A stretch of 64,000 nt of DNA from Centroscyllium fabricii (Eukaryota): contig JBNRSN020000015.1 in assembly GCA_051313645.2 (NCBI GenBank), positions 2,356,001 to 2,420,000 of the forward strand, read 5' to 3'. A model generated the notes under the pieces. The model was given only the letters and a program-made list of their open reading frames with translations. It was not told where the DNA came from and did not search any database. This document shows, one piece after another, positions 13,401 through 28,000 of this stretch. Position 1 is the stretch's first letter, and each line of letters starts with the position of its first letter. A program made the translations under genes and the position numbers.

Positions 13401-16400
13401 GATGACGTGAGGTTTGATGGCGTGGGGTTTGATGGCGTGATGTTTGATCGTGTGAGGTTTGATGACATGAGATTTGACAGCGTGAGATTTGATGGCGTGA
13501 GGTTTGATGGCGTGAGCTTTGATACCTTGAGGTTTGATGGCGTGAGCTATGATCGCGTGAGATTTGATGGAGTGAGGTTTGATGGCATGAGGTATAATGG
13601 CGTGAGATTTGATGGAGTGAGGTTTGATGGCGTGAGGTTTAATGACGTGAGGTTTGATGCCGGGATGTTTGATTTTGTGAGGTTTGCTCATGTGAGGTTT
13701 AATGGCATGAGGTTTGATGGCGTGAGGTTTGATGGCATGAGGTTTGATGGCATGAGGTTTGATCGTGTGAGGTTTGATGGCTTGAGGTTTGATGGCGTGA
13801 GGTTTGACGCCATGAGTTATGATGGCATTTGATGGTGTGAGGTTTGCTCGCATGAGGTTTGATGGCATGAGGTTTGAAGGCGTGAGGTATGCTGGCGTGA
13901 GGTTTGATGACGTGAGGTATGATCGCGTGAGGTTTTATGGCATGAGGTTTGATGGTGTGAGGTTGATGGCATCAAGTTTGATGGTGTGAGGTTTGATGGC
14001 GTGAGGTTTGATGACGTGAGCTATGATGGCGTCAGATTTGATCCCGTGAGGTTTGATGGGTTGAGGTTTGATGGCGTGCGGTTTGATGGCGCGAGGTTTG
14101 ATGGTGTGATGTTTGATATCGTGAGGTTTGATGACATGAGATTTGATGGTGTGAGTTTTGATGGAGTGAAGTTTGATGACGTGAGATTTGATGACGTGAG
14201 GTTTGATGACATCAGGTGTGATGACGTGTGGTTTTACGATGTGGTGTTTGATGATGTGAGGTTTGATGATGTGAGGTTTGATGATGTGAGGTTTGATCGC
14301 GTGGATTGATCGCGTGAGATTTGATGACGTGAGGTTTGATGGCGTGAGCTTTGATGGCGTGAGGTTTGATGGCATGAGGTTTGATGGCGTGACATTTGAT
14401 AGCGTGAGGTTTGATGGTGTGAGGTTTGATGGCGTGAGGTGTGATGACGTGAGGTTTGATGGTGTGAATTTTGATGGCGTGAGCTTTGATGATGTGAGGT
14501 TTGATGGCGTGAGTTTGATGACGTGAGGTTTGATGGCATGAGTTTGATGATGTGAGGTTTGATGTCGTGAGGTTTGATGGCGTGAGGTTTGATGGCATGA
14601 GGATTGATGGCATGAGGTTTGATCATGAGGTTTGATGGCGTGAGCTTTGATGGAATGAGATTTGATGGCGTGAGGTTTGATGGCATGAGGTTTGATGGCG
14701 TGATGTTTGATCGCGAGGTTTGATGGCCTGAGATTTGATGACATATGGTTTGATGGCATGAGGTTTGATGGCATGAGGTTTGATGGCAGGAATTTTGATG
14801 GCATGAGGTTTGATGGCATGGGGTTTGATGGCATGAGTTTGATGGCGTGAGATTTGGTGGCGTGAGGTTTGATGGCGTGTGGTTTAATGGCATGAGGTTT
14901 GATGACATGAGATTTGATGGCAGGGGTTTAGATGGAGTGAAGTTTGATGACATAAGGTTTGATGGCATGAGGTTTGATGATGTCAGGTATGATGGTGTGA
15001 GGTTTGATGGCATGACAATTGATGACGTGAGGTTTGATGGCGTGAGGTTTGATGGCATGATGTTTGATCGTGTGAGGTTTGATGACGTGAGATTTGACAG
15101 CGTGAGGTTTGATGACGTGAGGTTTGATGACCTGAGGTTTGATGACGTGAGGTTTGATGGCATGAGGTTTGATGGCTTGAGGTTTGATGGCTTGAGGTTT
15201 GATGGCGTAAGGTTTGATGACGTGAGATTTGATGGAGTGAGGTTTGATGATGTGAGGTTTGATGACGTGAGGTTTGATGGCGTGAGGTTTGATGCTGTGA
15301 GCTTTGATGGCATGAGGTTTTATGATGTGAGGTTTGATGGCGTGAATGTGATGACGTGAGGTTTGATGGTGTAAGGTTTGATTCTGTGCGCTTTGATGGC
15401 ATGAGGTTTGATGACATGAGGTTTGATGGCGTGAGGTTTGATGGCATGAGGTTTTGATGGCATAAGGATTGATGGCATGTTGTTTGATGGCGTGTGATTT
15501 GATGGCGTGAAGTTTGATGGAGTGAGGTTTGATGATGTGAGGTTTGATGACGTGAGGTTTGATGGCGTGATGTTTGATGCTGTGAGCTTTGATGGCATGA
15601 GGTTTGATGACAGAGGTTTGATGGCATGAGGTTTGATGGCATGAGGTTTGATGGCATGAGGATTGATGGCATGATGTTTGATGGCGTGTGATTTGATGGC
15701 GTGAAGTTTGATGACATGAGATTTGATGGCAAGGGTCATGATGGCATGAGGTTTGATGACATGAGGTTGGATTGCGTGAGGTTTGATGGCGTGAGGTTTG
15801 ATGATGTGAGGTTTGATGGCATGAGGTTTGATGGCGTGATGTTTGATGGCATGAGGTTTGATGACGTGCATTATGACATGAGGTTTGATCGCGATGTTTG
15901 ATGGCGTGAGGTTTGTTGACGTGAGTTTTGATGACGAGATCTTCGATGACGTTAGGTTTGATGACGTGAGGTTTGATGACGTAAGGTTTGATGGTGTGAG
16001 GTCTGATGACGTGAGATTTGATTGCGTGCGGTTTGATGATGTGAGGTTTGATGACGTGAGTTTTAATGACGTGACGTTTGATAACATGAAGTTTGATGAT
16101 GTGAGGTTTGATCTCATGGTTTGATGCCGTGAGATTTGATGACATGTGGTTTGATGGCGTGAGGTTTGATGATGTGAGGTTCTATGGCGTGAAGTTTGAT
16201 GGCGTGAGGTGTGATGGGATGAGGTTTGATGGCATGAGGTTTGATGGCGTGAGGTTTGATGACGTGAGGTTCTATGGCGTGAGGTTCGATGGCGTGAGGT
16301 TTGATGGCATGAGGTTTGATGGCATGAGGTTTGATGGCATGAGGTTTGATGGCTTGAGGTTTGATGACTTGAGGTTTGATGGCGTGAGGTTTGATGGCGT

Positions 16401-16435
16401 GAGGTTTGATGACGTGAGTTTTAATGACGTGACGT
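1420..16435. repeat. ~7.5-kb tandem duplication within the satellite (about 1420-8995 and 8996-16435)
   Basis: Landmark blocks recur at matching offsets: 1631/9208 and 3123/10700 (7577 bp), 4938/12484 (7546), 6485/13986 (7501). Boundaries are approximate. Confidence 0.85.
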
Positions 16436-19400
16436 TTGATAACATGAAGTTTGATGACGTGAGGTTTGATCTCGTGGTTTGATGCCGTGAGATTTGATGA
16501 CATGTGGTTTGATGGCGTGAGGTTTGATGATGTGAGGTTCTATGGCGTGAAGTTTGATGGCGTGAGGTGTGATGGGATTAGGTTTGATGGCGTGAGGTTT
16601 GATGGCGTGAGGTTTGATGACGTGAGGTTTGATGGCGTGAGTTTGATGACGTGAGGTTTGATGGCATGAGTTTGATGATGTGAGGTTTGATGGCGTGAGG
16701 TTTGATGGCGTGAGGTTTGATGGCATGAGGATTGATGGCATGAGGTTTGATGGCATGAGGTTTGATGGCATGAGGTTTGATGGCAGGAATTTTGATGGCA
16801 TTAGGTTTGATGGCATGGGGTTTGATGGCATGAGTTTGATGGCGTGAGATTTGGTGGTGTGAGGTTTGATGGCGTGTGGTTTAATGGCATGTGATTTGAT
16901 GGCATGAGGTTTGAAGGCGTGAGGTTTGATGGTGTGAGGTTTGATGGCATGAGGTTTGATGACATGAGATTTGATGGCAGGGGTTTTGATGGAGTGAAGT
17001 TTGATGACATAACGTTTGATGGCATGAGGTTTGATGATGTGAGGTTTGATGGCGTGAGGCTTGATGACGTGAGGTTTGATGATGTGAGGTTTGATGGCAT
17101 GACAATTGATGACGTGAGATTTGATGGCGTGAGGTTTGATGGCATGATGTTTGATCGTGTGAGGTTTGAGGATGTGAGATTTGACAGCGTGAGGTTTGAT
17201 GACGTGAGGTTTGATGACCTGAGGTTTGATGGCGTGTGGTTTGATGATGAGAGGTTTGATGACGTGAGGTTTGATGGCATGAGGGTTGATGGCTTGAGGT
17301 TTGATGGCTTGAGGTTTGATGGCGTGAGATTTGATGGAGTGAGGTTTGATGATGTGAGGTTTGATGACGTGAGGTTTGATGGCGTGAGGTTTGATGCTGT
17401 GAGCTTTGATGGCATGAGGTTTTATGATGTGAGGTTTGATGGCGTGAATGTGATGACGTGAGGTTTGATGGCGTAAGGTTTAAAAACCTGAGGTTTGATG
17501 ACATGAGGTTTGATGGCGTGAGGTTTGATGGCATGAGGTTTGATGGCATGAGGATTGATGGCATGATGTTTGATGGCGTGTGATTTGATGGCGTGAAGTT
17601 CGATGACATGAGATTTGATGGCAAGGGTCATGATGGCATGAGGTTTGATGGCATGAGGTTTGATGGCTTGAGGTTTGATGACTTGAGGTTTGATGGCATG
17701 AGGTTTGATGGCGTGAGGTTTGATGACGTGAGTTTTAATGACGTGACGTTTGATAACATGAAGTTTGATGACGTGAGGTTTGATCTCGTGGTTTGATGCC
17801 GTGAGATTTGATGACATGTGGTTTGATGGCGTGAGGTTTGATGATGTGAGGTTCTATGGCGTGAAGTTTGATGGCGTGAGGTGTGATGGGATGAGGTTTG
17901 ATGGCGTGAGGTTTGATGGCGTGAGGTTTGATGACGTGAGGTTCTATGGCCTGAGGTTCGATGGCGTGAGGTTTGATGGCATGAGGTTTGATGGCATGAG
18001 GTTTGATGGCATGAGGTTTGATGGCTTGAGGTTTGATGACTTGAGGTTTGATGGCGTGAGGTTTGATGGCGTGAGGTTTGATGACGTGAGATTTGATGGC
18101 GTGAGGTTTGTTGGCATGAGGTTTGATGGCGTGAGGTTTGATGGAGTGAGGTTTGATGATGTGAGTTTTGATGGCGTGAGGTTTGATGGAGTGAAGTTTG
18201 TTGTTGTGAGCTTTGATGGCATGAGGTTTGATGATGTGAGGTTTGATGGCGTGAGGTTTGATGACGTGAGGTTTGATGATGTGAGGTTTGATGGCATGAC
18301 AATTGATGACGTGAGGTTTGATGGCGTGAGGTTTGATGGCGTGATGTTTGATCGTGTGAGGTTTGATGACGTGAGATTTGACAGCGTGAGATTTGATGGC
18401 GTGAGGTTTGATTGCGTGAGATTTGATACCTTGAGGTTTGATGGCGTGAGGTGTGATGGCGTGAGATTTGATGGAGTGAGGTTTGATGGCATGAGGTATG
18501 ATGGCGTGAGATTTGATGGAGTGAGGTTTGATGGCGTGAGGTTTAATGACGTGAGGTTTGATGCCGGGATGTTTGATTTTGTGAGGTTTGCTCATGTGAG
18601 GTTTAATGGCATGAGGTTTGATGGCGTGAGGTTTGATGGCGTGAGGTTTGATGACATGAGGTTTGATCGTGTGAGGTTTGATGGCTTGAGGTTTGATGGC
18701 TTGAGGTTTGATGGCGTGAGGTTTGACGCCATGAGGTATGATGGCATTTGATGGTGTGAGGTTTGATCGCATGAGGTTTGATGGCGTGAGGTTTGAAGGC
18801 ATGAGGTATGATGGCGTGAGGTTTGATGACGTGAGGTATGATCGCGTGAGGTTTGATGGCATGAGGTTTGATGGTGTGAGGTTGATGGCATCAAGTTTGA
18901 TAGTGTGAGGTTTGATGGCGTGCGGTTTGATGACGTGAGCTATGATGGCGTCAGATTTGATCCCGTGAGGTTTGATGGCTTGAGGTTTGATTCCGTGCGG
19001 TTTGATGGCGCGAGGTTTGATGGTGTGATGTTTGATATCGTGAGGTTTGATGACATGAGATTTGATGGTGTGAGTTTTGATGGAGTGAAGTTTGATGACG
19101 TGAGATTTGACGACGTGGGGTTTGATGACATCAGGTATGATGACGTGTGGTTTTACGATGTGGTGTTTGATGATGTGAGGTTTGATGATGTGAGGTTTGA
19201 TGATGTGAGGTTTGATCGCGTGGATTGATCGCGTGACATTTGATGATGTGAGGTTTGATGGCGTGAGCTTTGATGGCGTGAGGTTTGATGGCGTGAGGTT
19301 TGATGGCGTGACATTTGATAGCGTGAGGTTTGATGGCGTGAGGTTTGATGGCGTGAGGTGTGATGACGTGAGGTTTGATGGCGTGAATTTTGATGGCGTG

Positions 19401-22400
19401 AGCTTTGATGACGTGAGGTTTGATGGCGTGAGTTTGATGACGTGAGGTTTGATGGCATGAGTTTGATGATGTGAGGTTTGATGGCGTGAGGCTTGATGGC
19501 GTGTGGTTTGATGGCATGAGGATTGATGGCATGAGGTTTGGTCATGAGGTTTGATGGCGTGAGCTTTGATGGAATGAGATTTGATGGCGTGAGGTTTGAT
19601 GGCGTGAGGTTTGATGGCGTGATGTTTGATCGCGAGGTTTGATGGCCTGAGATTTGATGACATATGGTTTGATGGCATGAGGTTTGATGGCATGAGGTTT
19701 GATGGCAGGAATTTTGATGGCATGAGGTTTGATGGCATGGGGTTTGATGGCGTGAGTTTGATGGCGTGAGATTTGGTGGCGCGAGGTTTGATGGCGTGTG
19801 GTTTAATGGCATGTGATTTTTATGTCATGAGGTTTGATGACTTGAGGTTTGATGGCGTGAGGTTTGATGGCGTGAGGTTTGATGACGTGAGTTTTAATGA
19901 CGTGACGTTTGATAACATGAAGTTTGATGACGTGAGGTTTGATCTCGTGGTTTGATGCCGTGAGATTTGATGACATGTGGTTTGATGGCGTGAGGTTTGA
20001 TGATGTGAGGTTCTATGGCGTGAAGTTTGATGGCGTGAGGTGTGATGGGATTAGGTTTGATGGCGTGAGGTTTGATGGCGTGAGATTTGATGACGTGAGG
20101 TTTGATGGCATGAGTTTGATGACGTGAGGTTTGATGGCATGAGTTTGATGATGTTTGGTTTGATGGCGTGAGGTTTGATGGCGTGAGGTTTGATGGCATG
20201 AGGTTTGATGGCATGAGGTTTGATGGCAGGAATTTTGATGGCATTAGGTTTGATGGCATGGGGTTTGATGGCATGAGTTTGATGGCGTGAGATTTGGTGG
20301 CGTGAGGTTTGATGGCGTGTGGTTTAATGGCATGTGATTTGATGGCATGAGGTTTGAAGGCGTGAGGTTTGATGGTGTGAGGTTTGATGGCATGAGGTTT
20401 GATGATGTGAGGTTTGATGGCGTGAGGCTTGATGACGTGAGGTTTGATGATGTGAGGTTTGATGGCATGACAATTGATGAAGTGAGGTTTGATGGCGTGA
20501 GGTTTGATAGCATGATGTTTGATCGTGTGAGGTTTGAGGACGTGAGATTTGACAGCGTGAGGTTTGATGACGTGAGGTTTGATGACCTGAGGTTTGATGG
20601 CGTGTGGTTTGATGATGAGAGGTTTGATGACGTGAGGTTTGATGGCATGAGGTTTGATGGCTTGAGGTTTGATGGCTTGAGGTTTGATGGCGTGAGATTT
20701 GATGGAGTGAGGTTTGATGATGTGAGGTTTGATGACGTGAGGTTTGATGGCGTGAGGTTTGATGCTGTGAGCTTTGATGGCATGAGGTTTTATGATGTGA
20801 GGTTTGATGGCGTGAATGTGATGACGTGAGGTTTGATGGCGTAAGGTTTAAAAACCTGAGGTTTAATGACATGAGGTTTGATGGCGTGAGGTTTGATGGC
20901 ATGAGGTTTGATGGCATGAGGATTGATGGCATGATGTTTGATGGCGTGTGATTTGATGGCGTGAAGTTCGATGACATGAGATTTGATGGCAAGGGTCATG
21001 ATGGCATGAGGTTTGATGGCATGAGGTTTGATGGCTTGAGGTTTGATGACTTGAGGTTTGATGGCATGAGGTTTGATGGTGTGAGGTTTGATGACGTGAG
21101 TTTTAATGACGTGACGTTTGATAACATGAAGTTTGATGACGTGAGGTTTGATCTCGTGGTTTGATGCCGTGAGATTTGATGACATGTGGTTTGATGGCGT
21201 GAGGTTTGATGATGTGAGGTTCTATGGCATGAAGTTTGATGGCGTGAGGTGTGATGGGATGAGGTTTGATGGCGTGAGGTTTGATGGCGTGAGGTTTGAT
21301 GACGTGAGGTTCTATGGCCTGAGGTTCGATGGCGTGAAGTTTGATGGCATGAGGTTTGATGGCATGCGGTTTGATGGCATGAGGTTTGATGGCTTGAGGT
21401 TTGATGACTTGAGGTTTGATGGCGTGAGGTTTGATGGCGTGAGGTTTGATGACGTGAGATTTGATGGCGTGAGGTTTGTTGGCATGAGATTTGATGGCGT
21501 GAGGTTTGATGGAGTGAGGTTTGATGATGTGAGGTTTGATGGCGTGAGGTTTGATGGAGTGAAGTTTGATGTTGTGAGCTTTGATGGCATGAGGTTTGAT
21601 GATGTGAGGTTTGATGGCGTGAGGTTTGATGACGTGAGGTTTGATGATGTGAGGTTTGATGGCATGACAATTGATGACGTGAGGTTTGATGGCGTGAGGT
21701 TTGATGGCGTGATGTTTGATCGTGTGAGGTTTGATGACGTGAGATTTGACAGCGTGAGATTTGATGGCGTGAGGTTTGATTGCGTGAGATTTGATACCTT
21801 GAGGTTTGATGGCGTGAGGTGTGATCGCGTGAGATTTGATGGAGTGAGGTTTGATGGCATGAGGTATGATGGCGTGAGATTTGATGGAGTGAGGTTTGAT
21901 GGCGTGAGGTTTAATGACGTGAGGTTTGATGCCGGGATGTTTGATTTTGTGAGGTTTGCTCATGTGAGGTTTAATGGCATGAGGTTTGATGGCGTGAGGT
22001 TTGATGGCGTGAGGTTTGATGGCATGAGGTTTGATCGTGTGAGGTTTGATGGCTTGAGGTTTGATGGCTTGAGGTTTGATGGCGTGAGGTTTGACGCCAT
22101 GAGGTATGATGGCATTTGATGGTGTGAGGTTTGATCGCATGAGGTTTGATGGCGTGAGGTTTGAAGGCATGAGCTATGATGGCGTGAGGTTTGATGACGT
22201 GAGGTATGATCGCGTGAGGTTTGATGGCATGAGGTTTGATGGTGTGAGGTTGATGGCATCAAGTTTGATGTTGTGAGGTTTGATGGCGTGAGGTTTGATG
22301 ACGTGAGCTATGATGGCGTCAGATTTGATCCCGTGAGGTTTGATGGCTTGAGGTTTGATTGCGTGCGGTTTGATGGCGCGAGGTTTGATGGTGTGATGTT

Positions 22401-23130
22401 TGATATCGTGAGGTTTGATGACATGAGATTTGATGGTGTGAGTTTTGATGGAGTGAAGTTTGATGACGTGAGATTTGATGACGTGAGGTTTGATGACATC
22501 AGGTATGATGACGTGTGGTTTTACGATGTGGTGTTTGATGATGTGAGGTTTGATGATGTGAGGTTTGATGATGTGAGGTTTGATCGCGTGGATTGATCGC
22601 GTGAGATTTGATGATGTGAGGTTTGATGGCGTGAGCTTTGATGGCGTGAGGTTTGATGGCGTGAGGTGTGATGACGTGAGGTTTGATGGCGTGAATTTTG
22701 ATGGCGTGAGCTTTGATGACGTGAGGTTTGATGGCGTGAGTTTGATGACGTGAGGTTTGATGGCATGAGTTTGATGATGTGAGGTTTGATGGCGTGAGGT
22801 TTGATGGCGTGAGGTTTGATGGCATGAGGATTGATGACATGAGGTTTGATCATGAGGTTTGATGGCGTGAGCTTTGATGGAATGAGATTTGATGGCGTGA
22901 GGTTTGATGGCGTGAGGTTTGATGGCGTGATGTTTGATCGCGAGGTTTGATGGCCTGAGATTTGATGACATATGGTTTGATGGCATGAGGTTTGATGGCA
23001 TGAGGTTTGATGGCAGGAATTTTGATGGCATGAGGTTTGATGGCATGGGGTTTGATGGCGTGAGTTTGATGGCGTGAGATTTGGTGGCGCGAGGTTTGAT
23101 GGCGTGTGGTTTAATGGCATGTGATTTGAT
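16360..23130. repeat. ~3.4-kb tandem duplication within the satellite
   Basis: Landmarks 17593/20961, 17780/21148 and 18905/22273 are all 3368 bp apart. Boundaries are approximate. Confidence 0.8.
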
Positions 23131-25450
23131 GTCATGAGGTTTGAAGGCGTGTGGTTTGATGGTGTGAGGTTTGATGGCATGAGGTTTGATGACATGAGAT
23201 TTGATGGCAGTGGTTTTGATGGAGTGAAGTTTGATGACATAAGGTTTGATGGCATGAGGTTTGATGATGTGAGGTTTGATGGCGTGAGGTTTGATGACGT
23301 GAGGTTTGATGATGTGAGGTTTGATGGCATGACAATTGATGACGTGAGGTTTGATGGCGTGAGGTTTGATGGCGTGATGTTTGATCGTGTGAGGTTTGAT
23401 GACGTGAGATTTGACAGCGTGAGGTTTGATGACGTGAGGTTTGATGACCTGCGGTTTGATGGCTTGTGGTTTGATGATGAGAGGTTTGATGACGTGAGGT
23501 TTGATGGCATGAGGTTTGATGGCTTGAGGTTTGATGGCTTGAAGTTTGATGGCGTTAGGTTTGATGACGTGAAATTTGATGGAGTGAGGTTTGATGACGT
23601 GAGATTTGACAGCGTGAGATTTGATGGCGTGAGGTTTGATTGCGTGAGATTTGATACCTTGAGGTTTGATGGCGTGAGGTGTGATCGCGTGAGATTTGAT
23701 GGAGTGAGGTTTGATGGCATGAGGTATGGTGGCGTGAGATTTGATGGAGTGAGGTTTGATGGCGTGAGGTTTAATGACGTGAGGTTTGATGCCGGGATGT
23801 TTGATTTTGTGAGGTTTGCTCATGTGAGGTTTAATGGCATGAGGTTTGATGGCGTGAGGTTTGATGGCGTGAGGTTTGATGGCATGAGGTTTGATCGTGT
23901 GAGGTTTGATGGCTTGAGGTTTGATGGCTTGAGGTTTGATGGCGTGAGGTTTGACGCCATGAGGTATGATGGCATTTGATGGTGTGAGGTTTGATCGCAT
24001 GAGGTTTGATGGCGTGAGGTTTGAAGGCATGAGCTATGATGGCGTGAGGTTTGATGACGTGAGGTATGATCGCGTGAGGTTTGATGGCATGAGGTTTGAT
24101 GGTGTGACGTTGATGGCATCAAGTTTGATGTTGTGAGGTTTGATGGCGTGAGGTTTGATGACGTGAGCTATGATGGCGTCAGATTTGATCCCGTGAGGTT
24201 TGATGGCTTGAGGTTTGATTGCGTGCGGTTTGATGGCGCGAGGTTTGATGGTGTGATGTTTGATATCGTGAGGTTTGATGACATGAGATTTGATGGTGTG
24301 AGTTTTGATGGAGTGAAGTTTGATGATGTGAGATTTGATGACGTGAGGTTTGATGACATCAGGTATGATGACGTGTGGTTTTACGATGTGGTGTTTGATG
24401 ATGTGAGGTTTGATGATGTGAGGTTTGATGATGTGAGGTTTGATCGCGTGGATTGATCGCGTGAGATTTGATGATGTGAGGTTTGATGGCGTGAGCTTTG
24501 ATGGCGTGAGGTTTGATGGCGTGAGGTGTGATGACGTGAGGTTTGATGGCGTGAATTTTGATGGCGTGAGCTTTGATGACGTGAGGTTTGATGGCGTGAG
24601 TTTGATGACGTGAGGTTTGATGGCATGAGTTTGATGATGTGAGGTTTGATGGCGTGAGGTTTGATGGCGTGAGGTTTGATGGCATGAGGATTGATGACAT
24701 GAGGTTTGATCATGAGGTTTGATGGCGTGAGCTTTGATGGAATGAGATTTGATGGCGTGAGGTTTGATGGCGTGAGGTTTGATGGCGTGATGTTTGATCG
24801 CGAGGTTTGATGGCCTGAGATTTGATGACATATGGTTTGATGGCATGAGGTTTGATGGCATGAGGTTTGATGGCAGGAATTTTGATGGCATGAGGTTTGA
24901 TGGCATGGGGTTTGATGGCGTGAGTTTGATGGCGTGAGATTTGGTGGCGCGAGGTTTGATGGCGTGTGGTTTAATGGCATGTGATTTGATGTCATGAGGT
25001 TTGAAGGCGTGTGGTTTGATGGTGTGAGGTTTGATGGCATGAGGTTTGATGACATGAGATTTGATGGCAGTGGTTTTGATGGAGTGAAGTTTGATGACAT
25101 AAGGTTTGATGGCATGAGGTTTGATGATGTGAGGTTTGATGGCGTGAGGTTTGATGACGTGAGGTTTGATGATGTGAGGTTTGATGGCATGACAATTGAT
25201 GACGTGAGGTTTGATGGCGTGAGGTTTGATGGCGTGATGTTTGATCGTGTGAGGTTTGATGACGTGAGATTTGACAGCGTGAGGTTTGATGACGTGAGGT
25301 TTGATGACCTGCGGTTTGATGGCTTGTGGTTTGATGATGAGAGGTTTGATGACGTGAGGTTTGATGGCATGAGGTTTGATGGCTTGAGGTTTGATGGCTT
25401 GAAGTTTGATGGCGTTAGGTTTGATGACGTGAAATTTGATGGAGTGAGGT
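21730..25450. repeat. 1860-bp near-identical tandem duplication within the satellite
   Basis: Landmarks 22273/24133 and 23134/24994 are 1860 bp apart and share private variants (GGCAGTGGTTTTG, GACCTGCGG, GGCGTTAGG). Confidence 0.85.
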
Positions 25451-25619
25451 TTGATGATGTGAGGTTTGATGACGTGAGGTTTGATGGCATGAGGTTTGAT
25501 GCTGTGAGCTTTGATGGCATGAGGTTTTATGATGTGAGGTGTGATGGCGTGAATGTGATGACGTGAGGTTTGATGGCGTAAGGTTTAAAAACCTGTGGTT
25601 TGATGAACTGAGGTTTGAT

Positions 25620-28000
25620 GGCGTGAGGTTTGATGGCATGAGGTTTGATGGCATGAGGATTGATGGTATGATGTTTGATGGCGTGTGATTTGATGGCGTG
25701 AAGTTTGATGACATGAGATTTGATGGCAAGGGTCATGATGGCATGAGGTTTGATGACATGAGGTTAGATTGCGTGAGGTTTGATGGCGTGAGGTTTGATG
25801 TCGTGAGGTTTGATGGCGTGAGGATTGATGATGTGAGGTTTGATGGCATGAGGTTTGATGGCGTGATGTTTGATGGCATGATGTTTGATGACGTGCGTTA
25901 TGACATGATGTTTGATCGCGAGGTTTGATGGCGTGAGGTTTGATGATGTGAGTTTTGATGACGTGAGATTTGATTGCGTGCGGTTTGATGATGTGAGGTT
26001 TGATGACGTGAGTTTTAATGACGTGACGTTTGATAACATGAAGTTTGATGACGTGAGGTTTGATGTCGTGGTTTGATGCCGTGGGATTTGATGACATGTG
26101 GTTTGATGGCGTGAGGTTTGATGATGTGAGGTTCTATGGCGTGAAGTTTGATGGCGTGAGGTGTGATGGGATGAGGTTTGATGGCATGAGGTTTGATGGC
26201 GTGAGGTTTGATGATGTGAGGTTCTATGGCGTGAGGTTCGATGGCGTGAGGTTTGATGGCATGAGGTTTGATGGCATGGGGTTTGATGGCACGAGGTTTG
26301 ATGGCTTGAGGTTTGATGATTTGATGTTTGATGGCGTGAGGTTTGATGGCGTGAGGTTTGATGACGTGAGTTTTAATGACGTGACGTTTGATAACATGAA
26401 GTTTGATGACGTGAAGTTTGATCTCGTGGTTTGATGCCGTGAGATTTGATGACATGTGGTTTGATGGCGTGAGGTTTGATGATGTGAGGTTCTATGGCGT
26501 GAAGTTTGATGGCGTGAGGTGTGATGGGATGAGGTTTGATGGCATGAGGTTTGATGGCGTGAGGTTTGATGACGTGAGGTTCTATGGCGTGAGGTTCGAT
26601 GGCGTGAGGTTTGATGGCATGAGGTTTGATGGCATGAGGTTTGAAGGCGTGAGGTATGATGGCATTGTGTTTGATGACGTGAGGTATGATTGCGTGAGGT
26701 TTGATGGCGTGAGGTTTGATGGCGTGAGGTTTGATGGCATGTGGTTTGATGGCGTGAGATTTGATGGCATTTGATGGTGTGAGGTTTGATCGCATGAGGT
26801 TTGATGGCGTGAGGTTTGATCGCATGAGGTTTGAAGGCGTGAGGTTGATGGCGTGATGTTTGATCGTGTGAGGTTTGATGACGTGAGATTTGAAAGCGTG
26901 AGGTTTGATGACGTGAGGTTTGATGACCTGAGGTTTGATGGCGTGTGGTTTGATGATGAGAGGTTTGATGACGTGAGGTTTGATGGCGTGAGGTTTGATG
27001 GCATGAGGTTTGATGGCATGAGGATTGATGGCATGATGTTTGATGGCGTGTGATTTGATGGCGTGAAGTTTGATGACATGAGATTTGATGGCAAGGGTCA
27101 TGATGGCATGAGGTTTGATGACATGAGGTTAGATTGCGTGAGGTTTGATGGCGTGAGGTTTGATTTCGTGAGGTTTGATGGCGTGAGGATTGATGATGTG
27201 AGGTTTGATGGCATGAGGTTTGATGGCGTGATGTTTGATGGCATGAGGTTTGATGACGTGCGTTATGACATGAGGTTTGATCGCGAGGTTTGATGGCGTG
27301 AGGTTTGATGACGTGAGTTTTGATGACGTGAGATTTGATTGCGTGCGGTTTGATGACGTGAGGTTTGATGACGTGAGTTTTAATGACGTGACGTTTGATA
27401 ACATGAAGTTTGATGACGTGAGGTTTGATCTCGTGGTTTGATGCCGTGAGATTTGATGACATGTGGTTTGATGGCATGAGGTTTGATGATGTGAGGTTCT
27501 ATGGCGTGAAGTTTGATGGCGTGAGGTGTGATGGGATGAGGTTTGATGGCATGAGGTTTGATGGCGTGAGGTTTGATGATGTGAGGTTCTATGGCGTGAG
27601 GTTCGATGGCGTGAGGTTTGATGGCATGAGGTTTGATGGCATGATGTTTGATGGCATGAGGTTTGATGGCTTGAGGTTTGATGACTTGATGTTTGATGGC
27701 GTGAGGCTTGATGGCGTGAGGTTTGATGACGTGAGTTTTAATGACGTGACGTTTGATAACATGAAGTTTGATGACGTGAGGTTTGATCTCGTGGTTTGAT
27801 GCCGTGAGATTTGATGACATGTGGTTTGATGGCGTGAGGTTTGATGATGTGAGGTTCTATGGCGTGAAGTTTGATGGCGTGAGGTGTGATGGGATGAGGT
27901 TTGATGGCATGAGGTTTGATGGCATGAGGTTTGATGACGTGAGGTTCTATGGCGTGAGGTTCGATGACGTGAGGTTTGATGGCATGAGGTTTGATGGCAT
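25620..28000. repeat. 1365-bp-offset duplication with 358-bp sub-units
   Basis: Landmarks 25698/27063, 26060/27425 and 26418/27783 are 1365 bp apart. 26060/26418 and 27425/27783 are 358 bp apart. Confidence 0.7.

Noticed and set aside
1857-25520. Long minus-strand ORFs (PSNLT, HAIKP, HQTSR; up to 667 aa) as mucin-like or His-rich proteins
   Set aside because: All three minus frames lack stops simply because of the monomer sequence, and the ORFs drift between the three peptide types at indels.
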